DNA of 61,452 bases, filler included, from Choristocarpus tenellus KU-1152 (lineage: Eukaryota; Protista; Phaeophyceae): NCBI GenBank assembly GCA_964200185.2. It is 8 parts of 8 records of this genome, joined end to end, with 100 filler letters (N's around TTAATTAATTAA, not from the genome) between each part and the next. Parts side by side here need not be neighbours in the genome. Positions count along the whole stretch, not along the records: positions 1 to 7,498 come from CAXNAD020006067.1; positions 7,599 to 13,574 come from CAXNAD020009266.1; 6 more parts are not named here. One strand, given 5' to 3'. The translations under genes and the position numbers were made by a program. This document shows, piece after piece, positions 1 to 11,255 of the stretch. Position 1 is the stretch's first letter, and each line of letters opens with the position of its first letter. The notes under the pieces are model-generated. The model saw only the letters and a list, made by a program, of their open reading frames with translations, was not told the origin of the DNA and ran no database searches.

Positions 1-147
1 CCGAGGGTGTCCATTTTGGACCAAAATCGGGAAAAGTGCATTTGCATTATCCATCCGACGTATGGCAGCCAAATCACCCAAAAATCGTGATATGAAAAAA
101 TTGACCCCAACTGGACAGCTGCCACCCCCTCCCAGATACATTGAGCC
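1..147 (+). mobile_element. MITE family A, partial copy at the window start
   Basis: Matches 10955-11136 and ends CCAGATACATTGAGCC. Confidence 0.8.
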
Positions 148-486
148 TTTGTCGCCAGAGGAGAGCGACACCGTCTTAACAGGCGAAGGAATTAGCTGGA
201 CCAGGGTTGGAGCCAGAAAAGATAACCAGAGGAAGCTTGTCAGCAAAGGGCTGCCTGTACAAGACTTGTAAGTCTGGGAAGTAAATAATATCTACTCCAG
301 ACCATCAAGAACCATCTTCCATATCAGAGGCACCCTGGCGAGGAGGGTTGTGTGAGGCTTCACACCTTCTTATCTTCACTACTAACAAATAGCATTACCT
401 CCCAAGGTAATTTGCACAACTTAAGACCAGCCTCTAGACTAAGTGGAGAGTAGCATATTGTAATGGCCAAGCAAAAACATCCATGA

Positions 487-743
487 GAGTGAAAATATCT
501 TAGAGGATTCCAGTTTTGCCCTGTTAGTCGGTTTGGGGCTTGACTTCCCACGTTTTTTTTTATATTTTACCTACTCCGAATTGTTTCGGAGTAGGTAAAA
601 TGTTTACTTTATGGAAAGGTATGTCCGGAACAAGAATGTTGACACTTCCAAACAAACGTGATAGCCAAAATTACAACAAAATCGCAAAATTGGATTTTGG
701 TCCCCAAAAGGACGCAGCTCTACTCTCTAAGATAATTTGACTC
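487..743 (+). mobile_element. MITE family B (about 260 bp)
   Basis: TIRs GAGTGAAAATATCTTAGAG / CTCTAAGATAATTTGACTC, flanked by ATGA on both sides, with an internal ~41-bp palindrome. Similar to 44767-45023, 48162-48429 and 51452-51710. Confidence 0.8.
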
Positions 744-1161
744 ATGACTTGTTATATATGGATGAACGTTGCCTGGTTGACATAGCTCTCCACATCTATC
801 CCTTGTAGTGTAGGCGAGGAAGACTGAGATCCACCAATAAGGAAAAGATTGACCTAAATAGTCGATGTTCATATTGAACTGAAAACTACTCAGGCATTTC
901 AGTCGACCCTAGTACTGTCTGTTTCTGGCCTAACTTACTCACAAACGGCGACCAAGATGAAAGATGACTTAACTCCTTTTGAAAGTGGGCTATATTAGAG
1001 ACAGGTGCCGAAATGCATGTTGGAACCCTAGTATGCCATCACATACAATGGACAATATAACTATTAATAATTTCCTTTGATGAAAGGTGTCAACCACCTA
1101 ATGCAATACGTTTTTTACCTGTTCACTATAAACAGGAATTTTCGCATATATCTGGTCTTCC

Positions 1162-1560
1162 ATGCTGGTGCACTTACTTGCGGACCCTAAATCAGCTCCC
1201 TACAGAGACAAAGGCCTCCTCAACATTGCATTTGCTGAAGTGCATGCAGCATCTCACCTGCCACACTCATCCACCAGCGATGGTGTAGTTGCTCCTGCAG
1301 CTGAGGTGCGAAAGCGCACCCACTACGAGGGATCTTTTGATCCTCGTAGATATAACCTCAACACCTTCGTGGTGGAAAGTTTGGGCACCTCGGTAAGCAA
1401 GCGCAGAGTTTCCTGGATGAGCTTGGTACTCACGCATGTGGTAGGGGGGGGAGGAACAGGAGGCTACACCAGGGAAGGGGCAACCAAATCCTGCCTACGA
1501 CAAATAGTCTGTAGGTGACCCTGTCTAGACGTGTCATGTGTTTTAACCTGGAGTCACCAG
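1162..1560 (+). mobile_element. Degenerate C-terminal restriction-like endonuclease region of an RLE-type (CRE-like) non-LTR retrotransposon
   Basis: RDKGLL..AFA...AAE.RKRTHYEGSFDPRRYNLNTFVVES.G, frameshifted. Homologous pieces at 9401-10300, 56240-56504, 60940-61100 and 61240-61420. Confidence 0.7.
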
Positions 1561-1980
1561 GGAGATGGGCAAGGAGGGGCTTATTAGATTCTTGGGATGC
1601 TTCCCTCCTAGGTCCTCACCCTGGGGTGCAGGAATAGCTAGGTTGGAGGCACAGGACGACAGTGGTACAGGATAGTTGGTGTAGAATAGTAAGTAGATAA
1701 ACGCTTTTCACGTTTATGACAACTGTTACTTCCTTAGGATTTTTCTGACGTGAATAGTTTTCATTGGTTTTTCCCTGACATACCTCCAAAATGTGACAGG
1801 GAAAGTAGGAAATATGATATTTTCTGAAATCTAGAATGTGAAATCTGTGCGATTTAGTTTCTTGTGTTCAAAATATGTTTGAAGGTTGTTGAGACCGACA
1901 AGGAAGAGACCCTTCCAAACAACATTCAGTTGAGATTAACCATGTCAGCTAAACCAGCGTGACCTTTAGATCTAATCAAT

Positions 1981-4900
1981 ATGAGTTCTTCGTCGCAGAA
2001 ATTGTTGCCTGATAGTTCTACTACTCCTACTACTGTCCAGGCGGATACTATCCTCGAGGAGGTAAGTACGAAGAAGTTGGACAAGGTTCGGTTGCGCTTG
2101 CACATTCCTCTAGATACGTATCTACCCATCTCCTATCTTATCCCTTAGGTAGATGCTGAGGTTTTCTCTACATATGAATGCCGCTCCCTGCCGTTGACTT
2201 TGGGGAGGGGTCATCCTGGGGATATTTCGGAGCCTGGACTCTTGGCGGCGGTGACTTTGCCCCGTATGACATATGATACAACTGCTTTTATGTCTGATGG
2301 AGATATTGTTGACAAGCTCAAGCTATCCAGGCTTCAGCTCGAGGGGGTAAGCTTCAGACCTTGTACGGGAAGAAATTGGTATAGGCTGGTTTGGTGCGAA
2401 TAGGTACCAGAAGCATGGACATCAGCAACTTGACATCGACAACTTCACCCAGGATCGCCCCTTTCTGACTCCCTTGACAGGTTCTCTATGCGTGTCAGCG
2501 TCATATGTACATTCTTCCAGGCGGAACAAGGGCGGGATTCTTCATCGGCGACGGTGCAGGAGTGGGCAAGGTGTGTGAAGAGGTAGCTAGGCCATCGAAT
2601 GTACCCATGAACAAATCGATCTAAATGCCTACATGAAACCCACCCTGACACTAGCCAGGAGGCGAATACTGGACCTCGAAATTGAGCTCTAAGACTCACA
2701 TATTTTTATTAGCTCCGCTCGATTCCCCTCCGGACACTGTGTACCCCTTGTGGCGACGTGCACTCAATGTGTGAATATGTATCCTTAGGGACGTCAGATA
2801 GCAGGCATCATCCTGGACTCATGGGTCAGAGGCCGACGCAAGCACGTGTGGTTCAGGTGTGCTCTGGAGCTGCAATTTGATGAGATTGTAGACTGTGTCC
2901 TTTTCAAGAGACTCTAGCTCTCCTTCTGCCGTACCTGTTGCGCTCTCATCATATCGGAACTATCAAATACTTTTCATGCCTTGTCTTCCAATGGATGATA
3001 TTTGGTGTGGCCTCCTGGTTCCCTCTTGGAGAGCAAAAGCCAACCCTAAAACTATACAGTAGATATGCTATGCAGTAGATATGCTATGCAGTAGGTATGC
3101 TACCTAGATGCCACTCGAGCATGTTACCGTATTTCTCCACCCCTTTCCCTGGCTGATGATCTGTTGGTGATCACGTTGCATAATATGATGTCGCTGTATA
3201 GACACGCCAAATTCAATCCAATACTTTTTCCAACATATTAATCCTAATGACTCACCAAAAAGCCTCCGGTTTATTTTACAGGTGTAAACTTTACTGTTAG
3301 CATTGTCTTGAGAGAACTGCCTACTATTGAAGCTTAAGGGTATCGGTTTGTGAACTTTATTCTTACCCGTTATCCTTGTCCCCCACCCAAACTAGCCCTA
3401 AGCCTGGCCCTAACCCTAACCCTAACCCTAACCCTGGCCCTAACCTTAACCCTAACTCTCAAATGGTCTCAGCATATCAACCGACCTCAAATCAGATGCA
3501 CGGCGGGACTTGAGTGACGTGGGATGCCATATCAATGTTATTGATGGCTGCCAGGCAAGTGTTGAGATTCCAATATGGTAATGGGTACGTGATATTTATA
3601 TATATATAATTTATGTGTATGGGATGTAACTACACGTGCAATAATGACTTAGGGTTAGGGTTAGCACAATTAGGCGTGTGCAGGATATAGGGTTAGGGTC
3701 ACATACATGTATCTATATATACACTGAACAAAATATGTGTGTGTAGTATGAGATAGATATGATAGATGTGGTCTATATAGACATGGAGATAGACATGCAC
3801 ATAGATGTGCTGTCGATGTATATATATGTGTGTGTATAGATGTAGATAGGTACACACATGTGCAGCTGTGGGGTCCCTAGGTATAGCATGTTGATCCTTG
3901 TGCCTCTGTCTGTGCAATGAGTGGATTGCTGTAGTTACCCAACTCACTTGGGAAAGGGTAATAGCATACCCAAAGGAGGGAAGTCAAATCAAAGTATGCC
4001 TTGCCCCATAAAGATTGCACCGCCTTATTCTAGACCTTTTTGTGACCCACCAATGGGCTATATCACAATTGTATTCCTCACTAATTTTATCACAGCAACT
4101 GATACATGGCATTTATTCTTAGTCCACTAACCCTAACCCTAACCCTATACGATAGAAGTAAAAATGTATACATATTTCACCAACCATAACCCTATACATG
4201 TTTCAGTAGCAATACTGATTGCAAAGACATTGTGCCATACACAAGCATTCTAAGGTTCTCTTTTTTGGAAAGTTGATGAGTCTGCGATTTTGGAGTTAGG
4301 GTTGGGGTTACTTGGCATATGTCAACCTAGAGAGCTGTTATGCTATGATGATTTGGCTATTCTTGTCGGGGGGTTTTTTTGCTTTCACATTCTGATACAA
4401 GCAAACTGTGGGCAGAGAGGAGTAACATAAGAAGAAAGTAATCCTTTGACTTAGGGTTAGGGTTCAGGTAGAACCATTTGAAGGTTCTGGTCCATTCCAG
4501 AATTACATTACTGTTTTGTAGTGTATACACTTAGGGTTAGGGCTAGGGTTATGCCAATAATAATAGTACTACTAGGGTTTAATCTTCAAAATCTGTTAGT
4601 CCACTTTTAACCCTAACCCTAACCCTAACCCTAACCCAAATATTTGACATTCCACAAACTGACAATGAACACGCCTCCTCAGGATGGTTGGGGTTTGTAC
4701 ACCCTGTGTGTGGGTGTTTTTTTTGTCCTTAATTTCCTACTTCATTGGTAGGTGTGAATCTTTGCGACAGTAACCCTAACCCTATATATATAGTTGCACC
4801 CATGTATTCTAATTTGTATATTTCTATATGCTTGTGTATAACGATATTTTTTCTTTTTGTCTACTGCTATATACTCCAATATCTATCTATCTATCTATGT

Positions 4901-6965
4901 CCACATCTACATTCACATCCATATTTGTCTGTACATATGTTCATGTGTTATTAATCTGATCTCTATCTGTATCTAGATCAAATTGTGTGTATCTATATTT
5001 GTATCTCTATATCTATGTCTCTATATCTCATTTTCAGGGCCATGGTATCCTTGAGGGGGGAATTTTTTTGCCTAGTTTGTCCATTTGGGGTTTGATGGGT
5101 TGTTGTAACATACCCAGTTTGATGTCTGTTTTTAGTGCAATTTTCCTTTGGATTTGGTTCAGATTAGGGTTAGGGTTAGGGTTAGGGATAGAAAAGGAAG
5201 GTGTGTTCAGTTAGAGGAAGTTGCCCTTAAACCTAACACTTTTGCTCGTATGGCATGATATCCCTAGCCCTAGCCCTAACCCTAACCCTAAGCAAATAAA
5301 TTGCGTATGTATGTGTCACACTTGTCACACTTGTTTCATGCTTGGTATTGTGCTTCATATCATGACTGATATCATGACTGCAGTGGTTATTTTGGCTATT
5401 GTGTTATTAGTAAGGCAGCAGTGCAATGACCATCTCAATTCTTTTGCACCACCACAACTTCAATTGCCATGTTTCTACATTGTGTACTACTTTCAGTGCT
5501 AGGATTAAGGCTATGCTATTACTACTTTATAGTGTGCATGTTTGTACTGTGTAGGGACAGGACAATACAAATTGTTAACACCACATCTTACGAATTTCTC
5601 AAGCAATTCTCACATTATTTTCAGACCTAACACATCTTGGGGGTTAGGGTTAGGGTTAGGATTAGGGTTAAGGCCAGTGATAGGATTAGGTTCTGCTTAT
5701 CTGTTATCCCGTTGAATTTGTTAGGGTTAGGGTTGATGTAGTGACTACTTCACTTCAAAAGGTTGCCCCATACTCTAAGTTTGTTCTTACCAGACTACCT
5801 ATATGGCATATTTTGATATGGGGGTGGAGTCAGGTCAGGGTGTTGTGATTGTCTATTCCCTTAGGATTGTGGATTATGTTGTTGTGCTTCTCTCTTCCGT
5901 ATTGTACCTTATGTCTCTCATCATATGTCATCCTTGCCCATGTGTTTGTATTCTTTATATGTTATGTTGTATCTTATGGTTAGGGTTAGGGTTAGGGTTA
6001 GGGTCTTCACACAGCTCAATTTCACTCTTTTCTTTGGGATGTTTGATTTTTCATGTTTTATTTTGTCCATTTTAGGGGCTGGATCTATCTTCAAGGAAGG
6101 GTCTGGGCATGTCCAAGGATGCCAAGCAAGGCTGTCTCTTCAGCACGTACAGGTTAGGCTCATGTACATGTCATGTATAGCAGGTGTAGTTGGTAAGTTT
6201 TAGGTTAGGGTTAGGGTCAGGTTCAGGTTCAGGTTTTGCTAATATAGTTTGAGAAAGGCTATGGGGTTTGGATTAGGGAAGGTTAGGGTTAGAGGTAAGC
6301 TTAGGATAATTGTGTTTGCCAGGTTGACATATTACAATCAGGGTTAGGGTTAGGGTTAGGGTTAGATTGACATATAACCCAAGGCTAGAGTATCAAGGTT
6401 AGGGTTAGGGTTGTTTGAATTGAACACCCCTACATTGTGGGTTACTTCATCAACCCCCTCACATCCCAATACCACAACCTAACCATATCCAAAACCCTTC
6501 ATTCAAAAGAAGACTTATATTAACTCCAGTCAGAAGTTGCAAGCTAACCCTGACCCAATCCCTAACCTTATCCTCAATGTGTTCATCCATGTTCATCCAA
6601 TGTGTTCACCCATGTTCATCAAATGTGTTCATCCAATGTGTTCGTCCAATGTTTTCAACCAATGTGTCCATCCAATGTGTTCATCCAATGTGTTCATCCA
6701 ATGTGCTCATCCAATGTGTTCATCCTATGTGTTCATCCAATGTGCTCATCCAATGTGTTCATCCAATATGTTCATCCAATGTGTTCATCCAATGTGCTCA
6801 TCCAATGTGTTCATCCAATGTGTTCATCCAATGTGCTCATCCAATGTGCTCATCCAATGTGTTCATCCAATGTGTTCATCCAATGTGTTCATCCAGTGCG
6901 CTGGTAAGCTCCTGTCGGTCTGGCCCGGTTAGAAAGCGCAGTCGCTTGGACCAGCTGGTGGACTG
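1981..6965 (+). CDS. SBNO1: Strawberry notch homolog (SBNO-like P-loop protein), 5' part. Exons 1981-2061, 2149-2346, 2481-2570, 2789-2856, 3473-3554, 6076-6152, 6897-6965; gene continues past the contig end
   Basis: Phase-compatible spliced translation gives [17 protein letters not shown]...[16 protein letters not shown]...[54 protein letters not shown]...GCLFSTYS-ALVS...SRLDQLVDW. These are the hallmark strawberry notch N-terminal motifs. Confidence 0.93.
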
Positions 6966-7290
6966 GTGAGAGGTGTTAGTAATGACAAGTATGTGTTGTG
7001 TGTGTATGAGGGTGTTGATTCAAATCAGTCGATGTTTATGGCTGTTGCTGTTGCAAGAATGTAAGTTAATACTTTGGTTTGATCGGACACTTATGGAAAA
7101 TGAGAATATATCTATCTTACAATAGTATAATTTCTTATACCATGGATATTTTGTGCAGTTTGTCCTAAAGACATCTGCTGTAACTTAGGGTTGGGGTTAG
7201 GGTTAGGGCTGGCTCTCTGCTGTACCACCAACCAGAGGGATCAAACTCATCCAATGCTGCTGTTTGTGAAAGAACAACCCTAACCCTAAC
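3393..7290. repeat. Cluster of about 20 short interstitial telomere-like (TTAGGG/CCCTAA)n tracts, in both orientations, inside SBNO introns
   Basis: Tracts at about 3393-3457, 3648-3664, 4126-4146, 4607-4637, 5164-5187, 5261-5291, 5641-5672, 5978-6004, 6340-6365, 7185-7208 and others. Confidence 0.9.
6576..6896 (+). repeat. 13-bp minisatellite (AATGTGTTCATCC)n, about 24 copies
   Basis: Directly visible tandem array; it accounts for the repetitive ORFs in all three + frames. Confidence 0.97.
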
Positions 7291-7498
7291 AACAAACCCA
7301 ACCCTAACAACAAACCCAACCCTAACAACAAACCCAACCCTAACAACAAACCCAACCCTAACAACAAACCCAACCCTAACAACAAACCCAACCCTAACAA
7401 CAAACCCAACCCTAACAACAAACCCAACCCTAACAACAAACCCAACCCTAACAACAAACCCAACCCTAACAACAAACCCAACCCTAACAACAAACCCA
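7277..7498 (+). repeat. 18-bp minisatellite (CCCTAACAACAAACCCAA)n, about 12 copies, running into the contig end
   Basis: Perfect tandem array; each unit contains CCCTAA. Confidence 0.97.
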
Positions 7499-7598
7499 NN
7501 NNNNNNNNNNNNNNNNNNNNNNNNNNNNNNNNNNNNNNNNNNTTAATTAATTAANNNNNNNNNNNNNNNNNNNNNNNNNNNNNNNNNNNNNNNNNNNN
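7499..7598. other. Artificial contig-joining linker N44-TTAATTAATTAA-N44. Identical linkers at 13575-13674, 16504-16603, 22792-22891, 33691-33790, 42795-42894, 56505-56604
   Basis: Seven identical 100-nt spacers whose 12-mer core gives stop codons in all six frames. Confidence 0.98.
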
Positions 7599-8094
7599 AG
7601 GTAAGGAAGGGAGCAGTGTGGACAAGTAACAAGGGAAGGAACAGAGGGGGGGGGAAAGTATAGGAGGTTGGGAGGTGGGGATGGCTATCATGGAATGTTT
7701 CTCAGAACTCCCCCCGGACTCTCCCCTGATGACATGTAGGCAAGAAGGGGGATGGAGGGTGATCACGAGGGGCCAAGCGACATGTGTCCTGAGGAGAATG
7801 GTAAAGGGACTTAAGTTAAGACGAGAAGAGTATGCCGTGCACTCAGATAGGATAGGGGGAGTCACCAGATTGGCGAACATGGGGGTAACAGAATTGGTAA
7901 TACAGAGGGAGGGAAGATGGAAGTCGAGGGCATTTATGGGATATGTAAGGGATAACCGGAGGGACCCAGTGTTAATGTCAAAGGGCCTGGCAGAGAGTAA
8001 GAAGGATTGGGTCCAACCAGGGCAGGAGGTAAGGGAACGAGTTAGAAAGAAATCAACCCCGAAGGGGAGGGGAGGTCAAGTTACGGCGGGGTAG
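7599..8094 (+). mobile_element. Tyrosine recombinase C-terminal fragment (DIRS/Ngaro or Crypton-like element), 5'-truncated by the contig edge
   Basis: EEYAVHSDRIGGVTRLANMG...IQREGRWKSRAFMGYVR retains HxxR, W and the catalytic Y. Confidence 0.8.
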
Positions 8095-8366
8095 ATGTCT
8101 TCTAACTCAAAGGCACGGTCTGGAGTGGATCACGAAGGGGTGTTCTTGGATGATTGTGGGGTGGTGTTGAGTGGGTTAGGAACTGCTGTGGAGTTGAGGG
8201 GAGTGGTAACTTGTGTGGGGTTGAAAAGTGGGGAGGGTGACTGGAAATCAGGGGCGAAGGGCATTCGCACTGGTTGGTCATCAAATGGGGAAAGGAGAAT
8301 AGGAGAATGGCAAACAAGGAATAAGCTAATAATAATAATCCAGAATTCGTGAGCAAAACAATGTAT

Positions 8367-8486
8367 ACATTTTACCTACTCCGAAACATTTTGGAGTAGG
8401 AAAATGTCACTTAAAAAAAAAATACGTGGGAAGCCAAGCCCCCAACGGGAAAACAAAGCAAACTCGTACCCTCTAAGATACTTTCA
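8367..8486 (-). mobile_element. MITE family B, partial
   Basis: Palindrome ACATTTTACCTACTCC...GGAGTAGGAAAATGT plus the end CCCTCTAAGATACTTTCA. Confidence 0.75.
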
Positions 8487-9400
8487 ATGTCATGCGAGCC
8501 TAAGTGTAAGTCGTTGTACTTAAACTTAAGCTCTAGTAAACCAAAGTGACCCAAACTCATACCCGATCGGTCAGAAATATCCACACCTTTTGGCCCCAGA
8601 TTTCGGTAGTATATGTGACATGTACGTAGTCCTCCCTCCAGTGCATGTACGGTTCTCATACCAAATTGCTGAACATGATACCCCTTCAGGTGTTGCTGCC
8701 TATCATGCTGTTGAGCACCACCATCCACCCAGGCAACAGTATTCTTCGGTGCCTACAAGAAGTGGATATTTACTACGTTCATTAGTTGACTAAGAGAAAG
8801 TTATAGGCGAAAAGTCGGAAGGAAGCGTATGATATAGGGTTGAAGGAGTAGCGATGGAGGACAGACTGTAAAATATGTAACAGAGAGAATCGTTATATGT
8901 ATCACCTTGTTGTTCTTGAGAGCTTCAACAGAGTGTAGAATCCACAACTGCCGTCTGCATTGCTTGGGTACATATTGAACCAAATAGGCTTCATCCCTAT
9001 ACTCCTCCAACCCCGCACGCATCTCTCGCCACATTGTCCTTCCGTCCCCTCAATGTGCACGGAAGTGAAAAACCTCCGTAGATCCTCCTCATTGAGGTAG
9101 TGTTCAGTACCCACTAATTACCAATAAAATCCCGAGGATATGGGACCAGCAGTAACAGTAACGGTTAAGTTTAAGATTGGAAATTAAAATAATTATGGCT
9201 ATAACTTCTTTGAGACCCTGCTCACAGGAGATTGGGTAATGTGACGGTGGCTGTACTACCATCACAAATGCATACTATTGTGGTAGGAACTGCTATAAGG
9301 ATGATAAATTTGAACACGAAAAATATACCAGGACTACTACATCCTATTGTGGTTGGAGCTATCAAAACAAACACCACTAATCATACCCAGGAGTCCCACC

Positions 9401-10300
9401 ACCATGATGCATTATAGTGATAACTCATCCAAGAGACATCTGCTTGCTTTCCAAGGTGCTCAAACATTTCTGCCGCGAAGATGTTGAAACTAAAACCATG
9501 ATGCATTATAGTGATAACTCATCCAAGAGACATCTGCTTGCTTTCCAAGGTGCTCAAACATTTCTGCCGCGAAGATGTTGAAACTAAAACTACGAGGGTC
9601 AAAAGATCCCTCATAGTGGGTGGGTGAGCTTTGTGGCTCAGCTGCAGCAGCAGCTACACCATTGGTGGTGGGTGACCGAGGCAGATGACAGGTTGCTTGG
9701 ACTTACTGCAAAAGCAACAGCGAGAAGGAGGCCCTTGCCCTAGTAGGAAGCTGAGCCAGCCTCTCAGGGTGCCCCAGGATCGAACGCCACACCCATGCGG
9801 AGGTTCTAGTCCACTGCAAACAAGCTGCAGTCCTCCATAGTGCAGGGGAAGTCCATTCCGCTCCACAATTGGCCTAGCCATTTCATCATCGGCGTGTACT
9901 GACACACTTGTGCCCTCCCGTCCTAGCACAGCTGCAGGAATGTTGGGTGTCGACATTTTGCCTCCTACATCTGGTCACCAGGCACCTGTTGGATGGGGCT
10001 TTCTTCCCTCCCTTGAGATCTGCTGGCGAAGAGTCCATACTCTAACGAAGGAATCCGCCTTGCTGGTTCCAAGGGATATGCGGAGGCCCATACATTGGCC
10101 CCTTGTCCACAATGGCTATGGTGATAGGGTAGAGCTAGCGAAGAACCTTTCCTCCCTTGTTCCTCTGCATCATCTGGTAGGTTGGCCAGTTGCGTCTGAA
10201 AGGAGACAAAGCAGATCCTGTTAAGAAGGCTGGTGACCTCTCGTGCTATGTTCTCCTCATGATCCAGGCATCATGAGCTACTAGAGTATGGACTTCCGAA
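9401..10300 (-). mobile_element. RLE-type non-LTR retrotransposon relic containing a 94-bp tandem duplication (9401-9590)
   Basis: Minus-strand frames give LRMGVAFDPG...GKGLLLAVAFA...HYEGSFDPRSFSFNIFAAEMFEHLGKQA, with stops and frameshifts. Confidence 0.7.
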
Positions 10301-10954
10301 ACAGGGGCAAGGTTATTGTTCCTGTCCACTCTACCCAAGGTTTCCCTTGGAGAGGTTTTATCCCATCCATTTGTGCGAGCCCCACAGTCCAGACCCTAGA
10401 AACACTTCCTAAAATGTTTCTTCAACATCACCATATTCTAATTTTCTGATCCATCACTAAACTACCGTCTTACACACATTATCTTGTTATGTACTCTGGA
10501 GTACAATTTTAATTCATGTGTACTAATAACATCATTTGGTGCATACAGTACTTCAAAGCATCTCCTCATGCGAACAAGTCTTGACCAATAATTCTCGCCA
10601 GGTGAGTTAGAGTGAACGAGAGAGTAGCATTTTGAGAATGTTGGTAAATATGTGCAAAATTCGTCTTTGTTGCATGTATGAGCAGGATATTTTCTGAATT
10701 GTGTTGGAAAAGTTTAAACGATAGAAAAATAAACCCTCTCAATGTCAAACCTAGCACTACAGAAATATGTATGAATTGCAAACTATTGACAACAGACTTC
10801 AAACGCAAAATGGTCAAGACCTGAGTACCTCTCGTTTACTTTGCCTCAGTCTCCTAAATGGACTTCTGATGAAAGGAGAGTGTGGATCAATAACCCTAGG
10901 GCCTGGACTGTGGGGACCTTATGTCTTGCCACATCTACTACATCTGCAAGATGT

Positions 10955-11136
10955 GACCCAAAGTATCTGGGGGGGGGGGGGGGTGGTCTCCACCAGGGTG
11001 TCCATTTGGACCAAAATAAGGAAAGTGCATGTACATTATCCATCTGCCGTACGCAACGAATTCAACCAAAAATCGTGACATGAAAAAATTGACCCCAAAT
11101 GGACAGCCACCGCCCCCCCCCCAGATACTTTGAGCC
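10955..11136 (+). mobile_element. MITE family A (about 180 bp), complete
   Basis: TIRs GACCCAAAGTATCTGGG / CCCAGATACTTTGAGCC, with TGT on both flanks. Confidence 0.85.
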
Positions 11137-11180
11137 TGTCAAAGGGAACAATAATATATATTTAGGGGACATTGTTGTGT

Positions 11181-11255
11181 TATATATTATATTTTTTGCC
11201 CTCTGACATTTTGGAGATGATGTGTGAAGGAAAAGCCAAAACTATACCATGACGA
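11181..11255 (+). repeat. Short interspersed repeat family C. Other copies at about 1760-1810 (-), 10930-11162 (-, split by a MITE), 12560-12625, 26260-26325, 44100-44165
   Basis: Shared core ATTATTnTGCCCTCTGACATTTTG..GAT.TGTCAGGG..AAAGCCAA. Confidence 0.7.

Noticed and set aside
6537-6932. Cys/His-rich repetitive ORFs in three frames; array superficially CRISPR-like
   Set aside because: They are translations of a 13-bp intronic minisatellite. There are no unique spacers and no cas genes.
7203-7493. (LLGLGL)n ORF and other GLGLG/NPNPN ORFs
   Set aside because: Translations of telomere-like repeats.
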